DNA from: an uncultured bacterium
GTDB taxonomy: Bacteria; Pseudomonadota; Gammaproteobacteria; Burkholderiales; Burkholderiaceae_C
Length of the DNA stretch: 64,000 nucleotides
NCBI GenBank assembly: GCA_963802435.1
Contig: CAWDIT010000013.1
Location: 111,113 to 175,112, forward strand
Reading direction: 5' to 3'
The notes beneath the pieces are model-generated. The model was not told the origin of the DNA. It ran no database searches and saw only the letters and a list, made by a program, of their open reading frames with translations. The position numbers and the translations under genes are program-made. This document shows, in pieces, positions 27,715 through 34,928 of this stretch (its first letter is position 1; every line of letters begins with the position of its first letter).

Positions 27715-29266
27715 GCTGCAGGCTCGTCTGCACGGGTCGCGGCAGCGGCGCGACGCGGCGACGCAGCGCGTCCAGCGCCGCGGCGACGTCGGTCTCGTCG
27801 CCGGCGTCTGCCCACGTCACTTCGATGCGCTCGCGCGGCACCGAGGCACGCAGTTGCGGCTCGCGCTCGCCGAGCAGGCGCTGCTGCGTCCACCGCGCGC
27901 CGAGGCGAAACTCGCAGCCGCCCTCACGGCAGCCTGTCACCAGCACGCCCGCGGCGCCGCCGCGCAGCGCGTACTCGACGAACGAGGGCGGCAGCATGCC
28001 AGTGCAGATCAGGCTCAGGCTCGTCACGTCGGCGGCTTCCAGCGCAGCGACGCGCGCCCCGCGGTCGCAGCCGATGACGACGATCCGACTGTCGCCCTGC
28101 AGTGCGGCGAGCTGGCGTTCCATCTTCTGGCGCAGGCTGTTCAGCGGCATCTGCGGCATGTCGATGCCGGTGGCGAGTTCGGCCGCGCCGCGAAACGGCG
28201 TCGCCGAGGGACACGAGCCGACGCAGATGCCGCAACTCGAACAGAGGTCGGCGTCGACCTGCGCGAGCTGCCTGGCGATTCTTCCGTTCGGGTGCGGCAG
28301 CATCGTGATCGCCGCATACGGGCAGTCGTCGAAGCAACGCCGGCAGCCGTTGCAGTTGTCAGGGTCGACCCGGGCCACTGCGGGCGCCGCAGGTCGTGGC
28401 AGCCAGGGCAACGCGAACAGCAGCAGCAGCGTCGCGCCGACCAGCAGCCACAGCGCGCCGGCCGAGCTGGCGTACATCAGCGGGTGGACGAACAGCAGCC
28501 ACCAGTCGAGCGCGACGGTCCGAGGCGCGCTGGCGAGATCCGCCGCGCCCTGGTCTGCCACCGGCAGCGCCAGCGCCAGTGCGAGGAGCGCCAGCGTCAC
28601 GCCGGCGGCGAGCGTGCGCGGCGGGAACACCTCTGCGCGGCTGAGCCGCTGGATGTGGAACCACAGGCCGAACACCAGCAGCAGCGGCACGCCGAGGTGG
28701 ATGAACACGAACAGCGAGAACAGCCGGTCACCGACACTGGCAGGGCCGAGGAAGTTGCGCGTCAGCGGCGACGCGAAGAACGGCAGCGCGTCCAGCCACT
28801 CGGCGGTGGCGATGGCGGAGAACTGGCCGAGACGGTCCCAGTTCAGCCAGAAGCCGCCGATCGCGCTGACGAAGGCGAACAGCAGCAGCGGCACACCGGT
28901 GAGCCACGAGAAGCGGCGAAAGCCGTGGTAGCGGCCGAACAGCCATTCGCGCAGCAGGTGGGCCAGCATCAGGACGACGAAGGCATCGGCCGCGTAGCGG
29001 TGCAGGCTGCGCAGCCAGCCGCCCAGGTACCAGGGTTGCCGCGACAGCTCGGCGATCGAGCGGTAGGCGCCCGCGACCGAGGTGTCGAGCACCGCATAGA
29101 GCACGATGCCGCTCGCCGCCAACAGCCAGAAGCAGAGGAAGCCCAGCGCGCCCAGGTGGCGCAGCGGGTTCAGCGCGCTTCCGGACACCGCGTCTAGGCC
29201 GCGCTCGCCGCGCTGCCACAGGGCCAGCGCGACTTCGCGTGCCGCCGGTGTCGACTCCTTGGCCAT
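27707..29266 (-). CDS. fusion protein: cytochrome b domain, 2x[4Fe-4S] ferredoxin domain and MvhD/FlpD-like domain
   Basis: ATG at 29266. Cytochrome b His pairs (SLHRY..MLAHLL, FIHLG..WFHIQ). CNGCRRCFDDCP and CSSCGICVGSCP. C-terminal LICTGMLPPSFVEYALRGGAAGVLVTGCREGGCEF resembles methyl-viologen-reducing hydrogenase delta subunit. Confidence 0.75.
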   Translation of the reverse strand: MAKESTPAAREVALALWQRGERGLDAVSGSALNPLRHLGALGFLCFWLLAASGIVLYAVLDTSVAGAYRSIAELSRQPWYLGGWLRSLHRYAADAFVVLMLAHLLREWLFGRYHGFRRFSWLTGVPLLLFAFVSAIGGFWLNWDRLGQFSAIATAEWLDALPFFASPLTRNFLGPASVGDRLFSLFVFIHLGVPLLLVFGLWFHIQRLSRAEVFPPRTLAAGVTLALLALALALPVADQGAADLASAPRTVALDWWLLFVHPLMYASSAGALWLLVGATLLLLFALPWLPRPAAPAVARVDPDNCNGCRRCFDDCPYAAITMLPHPNGRIARQLAQVDADLCSSCGICVGSCPSATPFRGAAELATGIDMPQMPLNSLRQKMERQLAALQGDSRIVVIGCDRGARVAALEAADVTSLSLICTGMLPPSFVEYALRGGAAGVLVTGCREGGCEFRLGARWTQQRLLGEREPQLRASVPRERIEVTWADAGDETDVAAALDALRRRVAPLPRPVQTSLQHG

Positions 29267-29274
29267 CGTGATCG

Positions 29275-30162
29275 TCAATGCGCCGTGGGCACGGCCGGCG
29301 GTCGCGGCATCGACGCGGCCCGCTGCGCCCGGCGCGCGCGGCGCCGGTCTCGCCACTCGAGGGCGAAGAACCACAGCATCGCGAGCGCGAAGGTGATGCC
29401 GCCGGCGATCTCGATCGCCAGCGCGTAGCTGACGCGGTAGGTGCCGGTGGCAGGGTCGTAGACCGAGCACAGCAGGCGCACGCGTTCGACGAGTTCGGCC
29501 AGGCCCAGGCTCGCCGGCAGCGGCTGGTTGCGCAGCAGCAGGCGAAGCGGCTCGCCGAGCCGGTCGGCGCTGAAGTCGTCGCCGTAGACCTGGGCCGCGA
29601 GGCGACCCTCGGCGTCGACGATGCTGACCTGGAGCAGGTGGTCGAAACCGGCCTGGGTCGGCCGGTATTCGAAGCCGAAGTCGCGTGTCAGCGCAGCGAT
29701 GCTTGCCGCGCGCGGGCTGAGGAAGTCCCAGTTCGGCGCTGCGATCCGCTGCTGCAGCGCGAACGCCTTCATCGACTGCGGCGAATCGGCGGGCTGGTTG
29801 AAGCCGATGCTGACGACGTTGAACTGGCCCGCATCGAAGCTGCCGCGCATCGCCTGCAGCGCCTCGGCCAGCGCGCGCGTGCTCGTCGGGCAGACCTGGA
29901 AGCAGCCGGTGTAGATGAAGTTCACGAGCAAGGGCTTGCCGCGGTAGTCGGCCAGGCGCACCGGGCGCCCCTCGCGGTCGAGCAAGGTGAAATCGCCGAT
30001 CGTCCTGCCGATCGCCGCCTGGCTCGTGCGCAGCGCGGCGGAGGGGTCCAGCGCCGGCTGGAGGGCGGCTGTGTCCTCGGCGTGGGCCGGAGCGAGTATG
30101 GCCAAGGCAAGTGCGGCCAGCAGGCCGCGCAGCGTGGTGGCGAGCACGCCGGCAGCAGGCAT
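29275..30162 (-). CDS. SCO1/SenC copper chaperone with a C-terminal transmembrane extension
   Basis: ATG at 30162. Signal/anchor sequence, thioredoxin fold with CFQVCP (CxxxCP) and a distal His (GFDHLLQVSIVD), plus an extra C-terminal TM segment (IAGGITFALAMLWFFAL). Confidence 0.8.
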   Translation of the reverse strand: MPAAGVLATTLRGLLAALALAILAPAHAEDTAALQPALDPSAALRTSQAAIGRTIGDFTLLDREGRPVRLADYRGKPLLVNFIYTGCFQVCPTSTRALAEALQAMRGSFDAGQFNVVSIGFNQPADSPQSMKAFALQQRIAAPNWDFLSPRAASIAALTRDFGFEYRPTQAGFDHLLQVSIVDAEGRLAAQVYGDDFSADRLGEPLRLLLRNQPLPASLGLAELVERVRLLCSVYDPATGTYRVSYALAIEIAGGITFALAMLWFFALEWRDRRRARRAQRAASMPRPPAVPTAH

Positions 30163-30169
30163 CGCAGCC

Positions 30170-31066
30170 CTAGCGCAGCAGCGCGTCGACGCTCGCCGCG
30201 GCAAGAACCAGGCTGAGTTGGAGCAGCGACGCGAAGAACGAACCCATCGCCGTCTGGCGGCTGGGGTGGCTTGCGAGGGCATGGGCCTTGCGCAGGAAGA
30301 AGAGGCCACCGGCCAGCGCACCGGCCAGGTAGATCGGCCCGGCGCCGAAGAACATCGGCAGCAGCGATGCAGCGACCAGCACGGCCGTGCTCCAGAACAC
30401 GATGCGCGCGGCGCGCTCGGTTCCCACCACCACCGGCAACATGGGCACGCCGGCGGCGACGTAGTCGTCGCGGTTGGCGATCGCCAGGCTCCAGAAATGC
30501 GGCGGCGTCCACAGGAACAGCACCAGCGCCAGCAGCGCCGGCAGGCTGCCGAGCGCGGGATCCACCGCTGCGGCGCCGGCCAGCACGGCAAAGCTCCCAG
30601 CCAGGCCGCCGATGACGATGTTGAGCCAGGTCCGCCGCTTCAGCCACACCGTGTAGACGACGGCATAGAAGAACGCGCCGAGGAAGACGTAGAGCGCCAC
30701 CATCGCGTTCAGCGCCCACCAGGCCGACGCGACCGAGGTGGCCAGCAGCAGCCCGATCAGCGCCAACCATGCCGGCGTGTGCGGCAGGGCGCCGGTGACG
30801 AAGGCGCGCGTGCGCGTGCGCGCCATCAGGCGGTCGCTGTCGGCCTCGACGTACTGGTTGAACGCGCCTGCGCTCGCCGAGGAGACGAAGACCGACAGCG
30901 CGAGCACCAGCACCTGCGCCAGCCCGGGCCCCGGTCCGGGCGTGAACGCGAAGCCGACCAGCGCAGTGAGCATGATCATCAGGCCGATGCGCAGCTTGAA
31001 CAGCCCGAGCACGTCGCGGACCAGGCGCGCCGGAGTGCGAGTTGCGTGCGCGATGGAGGCGCTCAT
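30170..31066 (-). CDS. ctaB: protoheme IX farnesyltransferase (heme O synthase)
   Basis: ATG at 31066. UbiA-family motifs (NQYVEADSDRLMARTRTR, YTVWLKRRT, LWTPPHFWSLA). Confidence 0.88.
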   Translation of the reverse strand: MSASIAHATRTPARLVRDVLGLFKLRIGLMIMLTALVGFAFTPGPGPGLAQVLVLALSVFVSSASAGAFNQYVEADSDRLMARTRTRAFVTGALPHTPAWLALIGLLLATSVASAWWALNAMVALYVFLGAFFYAVVYTVWLKRRTWLNIVIGGLAGSFAVLAGAAAVDPALGSLPALLALVLFLWTPPHFWSLAIANRDDYVAAGVPMLPVVVGTERAARIVFWSTAVLVAASLLPMFFGAGPIYLAGALAGGLFFLRKAHALASHPSRQTAMGSFFASLLQLSLVLAAASVDALLR

Positions 31067-31157
31067 CACCGCAGTAGAACGATGAACTCGGGCCGCGCCG
31101 GGCCGCCCCAAGCGGCCCGAGGCCTTGCAGGCCGCGCAGGGCCAGTGGCCCAGCCCC

Positions 31158-31198
31158 TCGCCAGGCACAAGCAGTCCACAGGACTGCTTGTGTCCGCG
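31158..31198. repeat. REP-like palindromic unit, copy 1
   Basis: tcgccaggCACAAGCAGTCCacaGGACTGCTTGTGtccgcg: 12-bp stem with a 3-nt loop. A second copy lies at 35750..35790. Confidence 0.75.
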
Positions 31199-31241
31199 TT
31201 CGGCCCCTCGGCGGGGCGACACCGAAGGTGTCTTGGGGCCG

Positions 31242-32942
31242 TCATGACAGGCCCCAGACCTGAGACAGGTACTTCCAGTTGATGAAGTAGTAGAGCACGA
31301 AGGCCGCCAGGAACACCATCGCCAGCGCGAAGGTGCCGGGGGCCGCGAAGCCGGCCGAGCCGTATCCTTGCACGGCAGCGCCGACGGGAGTCGGCGGGAT
31401 CGGCGTAAAGCGCGGACTGACGGCGCCGCTGTCGAGCCGCTTGCCCCACAGCAGCGAACCGACCGTGACGTAGATGTAGATCGCGCCGCCGGCGATCGCC
31501 GCGATGCCGGCAAGCCCGACCAGGCCCATCATCAGGTAGGCCGCGCCCGGCCACTCGTAGGCCATGGCCGCGCCGCTGAAGGCCATGTCCCAGTGGCGGC
31601 GCGAGACGCCCAGCGTGCCCGCGCCCATCATCACCAGGCAGAAGAAATACATCGACAGGCCGAACAGGTAGGGCTGCAGCTTCGCCAGGCCGGGGGCGAT
31701 CATCTCGCGCCGGAACAGCACCGGGATCAGGAAGTAGGTCAGCGCCATGAACGACAGCGTCGTGCCGACGACCACCGTGGCGTGGAAGTGACCGGGCACG
31801 TAGATCGTGTTGTGGATGATCATGTTGAGTTGCTCGGTGCCCATCATCACGCCCGAAATGCCGCCGAGGAAGCCGAAGCCGATCAGCGAGATGAACACGC
31901 CGGAGAACACCGGGTTGCCCCAGGGCGCCTTGCGCAGCCACTCGAACAGGCCCTTGTTGAAACCCTTCTTGCGCTGCGCGACCTCGATCGCCCCGGGAAT
32001 GGTCAGGCCGTGGATCATCGAGGCGAGCACCGCGAAGTACATGAAGTAGCTGGTGTTGACGACCTTCCACGCGGTGCTCACGCCGGGATCGGCCAGCAGG
32101 TGGTGCGCGCTGGCGAGCTGCAGGAACAGGATGTAGAGCAGGAAGGCCCCGCGGCTGACGCGCTCCGACATCGGCTTGGCGCCGAAGGCGATCGCCGCGA
32201 CCGCATACCAGATCGAGATGTGCGCCGCGACGTTGATCTGCTGCGACGAGTGGCCGAAGGCCCACCAGATCGTGCGGTAGACGAGCGCATCGACTTCCTT
32301 GACGACGCCGACCGACATCAGGAAGGTCGGGATCAGGATGATTGCGCCGGAGGCGATCGTGAACACGGCGATGATCGCGGCGGTGATCGCACCGAAGGTC
32401 ACCAGCGGCACCGACCCCTGGTAGGTCTTGTCGCGCCTGGCAATGACCAGCGTGCCGAAGAAGACGAAGCAGGCGACGAGCGCGCCGACGGCGAACAGGA
32501 TCAGCCCGAGGTAGAAGTGCGGCGCGGCCATCATCGGCACGTAGCTCGTCATCATCACGCTCGAGCTGCCCTGGAACACGGCGACGTTGTTGGTGACGGC
32601 ACCGATCAGCATCAACGCGAATGCGAGCCAGGCGATGTTGGGTGTGGCGATCCGGCAGCGCAGCAGCGTCGACGAGCAGAAGTAGAGCACCGCGACCTCG
32701 AAGAAGATGATCCAGAAGATCAGCATGTCGATGCCGTGCGCGGTGAGCACCTGGTAGAAGGTGTCGGCGGCGAGCCAGTGCACGGCCGGCCAGCGCGTCA
32801 GCACGACGCCGACGGCGAGGATGCCGCCGACGAGCAGGAACACCACCGCCACCACGGCGTTGGCGATCATCAGTTTCTCGGCCTGGCCTTCGAACTGAAG
32901 GCCCGAGCGAGGGCAAGTGCGGTACGTCACGGCGCTCGACAT
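31242..32942 (-). CDS. heme-copper oxidase subunit I, B-family-like, lacking the cross-link tyrosine
   Basis: 566 aa, collinear from memory with Thermus ba3 subunit I: LTAHG, WWAFGHSSQQ (ba3 GHPIVY), SAHHLLADPG, VPGHFHATV. SD GGGAGG precedes the ATG. Confidence 0.85.
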   Translation of the reverse strand: MSSAVTYRTCPRSGLQFEGQAEKLMIANAVVAVVFLLVGGILAVGVVLTRWPAVHWLAADTFYQVLTAHGIDMLIFWIIFFEVAVLYFCSSTLLRCRIATPNIAWLAFALMLIGAVTNNVAVFQGSSSVMMTSYVPMMAAPHFYLGLILFAVGALVACFVFFGTLVIARRDKTYQGSVPLVTFGAITAAIIAVFTIASGAIILIPTFLMSVGVVKEVDALVYRTIWWAFGHSSQQINVAAHISIWYAVAAIAFGAKPMSERVSRGAFLLYILFLQLASAHHLLADPGVSTAWKVVNTSYFMYFAVLASMIHGLTIPGAIEVAQRKKGFNKGLFEWLRKAPWGNPVFSGVFISLIGFGFLGGISGVMMGTEQLNMIIHNTIYVPGHFHATVVVGTTLSFMALTYFLIPVLFRREMIAPGLAKLQPYLFGLSMYFFCLVMMGAGTLGVSRRHWDMAFSGAAMAYEWPGAAYLMMGLVGLAGIAAIAGGAIYIYVTVGSLLWGKRLDSGAVSPRFTPIPPTPVGAAVQGYGSAGFAAPGTFALAMVFLAAFVLYYFINWKYLSQVWGLS

Positions 32943-32952
32943 TTCGGCCTCC

Positions 32953-33492
32953 CTATTTCACGTACATGCGGCCGACCATCGTGTGATGGTTGATGCCGCA
33001 GTACTCGTTGCACACCACCGAGAATTGCCCCGTCTGGTTCGGAGTGACGTTCACCACGTGCTCGAAGCCGGGAACGACCTGGATGTTGATGTTGGTCGGC
33101 TGCAGCGAGAAGCCGTGGTTGTAGTCCATCGATGTCAGGTGCAGCCGGTAGGTCTTGTCCTTCTCGAGCTCGATGATCGGCCACCAGCTCCACAGGCGCG
33201 CGATCAGGTACACGTCGCTGCCCGCCGGTGGGTGCACCACCGGGATCTTCTGGTCGGTCTCGGTGCGCACGGTGTACTTGTCGACCATCGCCTGCGCCTT
33301 GGCGGCGAACAACTCGGGCGTCGTGCGGTAGGTCTCGGTCGACAGGTTCTGCTTGCCCCAGATGTGCCAGCCGACCATCATGAAGAACATCACCATGCAC
33401 CAGACGAAGGCGATGGCGATCCACGTGCCTTCGACACGGTCCAGCGGGTGCTTCCACCACAGTCGTTCGGCGGGGGGCAGGATGGCGCTCAT
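32953..33492 (-). CDS. heme-copper oxidase subunit II (cupredoxin, CuA site present)
   Basis: One TM helix and a cupredoxin domain. The CuA ligand pattern is H (MDYNHGF) plus CNEYCGINHHTM (C-x3-C-x3-H-x2-M). Confidence 0.82.
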   Translation of the reverse strand: MSAILPPAERLWWKHPLDRVEGTWIAIAFVWCMVMFFMMVGWHIWGKQNLSTETYRTTPELFAAKAQAMVDKYTVRTETDQKIPVVHPPAGSDVYLIARLWSWWPIIELEKDKTYRLHLTSMDYNHGFSLQPTNINIQVVPGFEHVVNVTPNQTGQFSVVCNEYCGINHHTMVGRMYVK

Positions 33493-33535
33493 GGTGTGGT
33501 TCCTCGCGGTGGATGGAAGCGGGCAGCGCGCTTTC

Positions 33536-33691
33536 TCACCTGGCCAGCGGCACGGTCAGAATGTCGATCACGCCCCAGAGGGTGTAGACCAACATCGGCA
33601 CCATCACGCCGAGGAACAGCAGCAGGAACGGGTTGTCCAGCAGTTGCTGCATCCAGGGGATGGATTCGTCGTCGTTTTCGGTCGCGTGCAT
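33536..33691 (-). CDS. small single-TM protein (51 aa) leading the oxidase operon
   Basis: AAGGAG lies 6 nt upstream of the ATG at 33691. There is a hydrophobic helix (FLLLFLGVMVPMLVYTLWGVI). It sits 43 nt upstream of subunit II. Confidence 0.5.
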   Translation of the reverse strand: MHATENDDESIPWMQQLLDNPFLLLFLGVMVPMLVYTLWGVIDILTVPLAR

Positions 33692-33881
33692 CGGGTCTCC
33701 TTCTTGCCGCGATGAAGGGCGCGGCAGGTGGTCGAAATTCTGCGGCGCTGGGCCGTGCAGAAAATTGAACCAAGATAAGAATGCGCGAGGTCGGTCCTGC
33801 TCGTGGTCGGCATGCGCATGCGCCGATCGATCAGCGATCCCCCCGATGTACCTCGGCCCCTGTCTGTCGCACAGTCGCCGC

Positions 33882-34871
33882 ATGGCCAACATGACAACGA
33901 CGCCTCCCGCGCCGGAAAGCGATCCCGCGCGACGCCTGGCATTCCTGCGACGCCTGGCTCTGCTGTGCGCGATCCTGGTGCTCGCGATCACCAGCCTGAG
34001 CGCGTTCATCCGCCTGTCGAAGGCCGGTCTCTCGTGTACCGATGGACCGCACTGTTACGGCCAGAACCTGCGCCAGCTCCAGCAGGGTCTTGCGGCGACG
34101 GCGGGCGAGGACGCGGGCACGGCCGCAGCGCGGCTGGCGCATCGCGTGGTGGCGAGCGCCGCGCTGCTGCTGGTGATCACGATGGTCGTCGTCTGCCTGA
34201 CGGCTCGCCCGCCGATGTGGCCCGAAAGCCGCGCCGCGCTCGCGCTTCTCGCGCTGGCCTTGTTTCTCGCCGTGCTGGGCCGATGGTCGGGCAACGCGCG
34301 CGTGCCGGCCGTGGCGATCGGCAACCTGCTCGGTGGCTTTGCGATGCTGGCGTTGTGCTGGCGGTTGGCGCGCGGGGGCTCCGTGCCCGGCACGCCATCG
34401 CTGCGCGCATGGGCCGGGCTCGGCGTGGTCCTGCTCGTGGTGCAGGTGACACTCGGAGGCTTGTTGAGCGCGTCCTACGCTGCGATGAGCTGCGGCGGCC
34501 TCGCCGAATGCCTCGCCGCGTCGGCGAACGTTCCGTGGAACGCCCTCGATCCCTGGCGCGAACCCGTGCTGGCGCTCACCCCGCCGCTCAACCCTTCGGG
34601 TGCGCTGGCGCAGACAGTGCATCGGCTGTCGGGGCTTGCCGTCGCGCTGGTCGTGGGGCCGCTGGGCATCGCCGCGCTGCGCAACGGTCGACGCGGTCAC
34701 GGCGCGCTGTTGCTGGTGTTGCTGGCTGCGGAGCTAGTGCTGGGCTTGCGGATGACCGGCGGCGTGTCGCTTGCACTGGCGCTGGCGCTGGCGCATAACG
34801 TGGTCGCCGCGTTGCTGCTGGCCACGGTGTTCGATCTGACGCGAGGGTCTGGCGCGGCGCGGTTGCCCTGA
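33882..34871 (+). CDS. ctaA: heme A synthase (COX15/CtaA family)
   Basis: Polytopic protein with Cys pairs (SCTDGPHC, SCGGLAEC) and conserved His residues (AHRVV, VHRLSG, AHNVV). The start is ATG 33882 or 33891. Confidence 0.75.
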   Translation: MANMTTTPPAPESDPARRLAFLRRLALLCAILVLAITSLSAFIRLSKAGLSCTDGPHCYGQNLRQLQQGLAATAGEDAGTAAARLAHRVVASAALLLVITMVVVCLTARPPMWPESRAALALLALALFLAVLGRWSGNARVPAVAIGNLLGGFAMLALCWRLARGGSVPGTPSLRAWAGLGVVLLVVQVTLGGLLSASYAAMSCGGLAECLAASANVPWNALDPWREPVLALTPPLNPSGALAQTVHRLSGLAVALVVGPLGIAALRNGRRGHGALLLVLLAAELVLGLRMTGGVSLALALALAHNVVAALLLATVFDLTRGSGAARLP

Positions 34872-34928
34872 GTTCGGTCTGACCGCGGCGCTGGCACAAT
34901 CCCGCACGCCCAGGTCAGGAGACCCCCG

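Noticed and set aside
33692-33881. Search for an Fnr/Dnr box and other operators in the divergent ctaA/oxidase promoter region; found the palindrome GCGCATGCGC (33814..33823)
   Set aside because: No TTGAT-N4-ATCAA-like site with acceptable matches was found. A 10-bp GC-rich palindrome is expected fairly often by chance in this composition.
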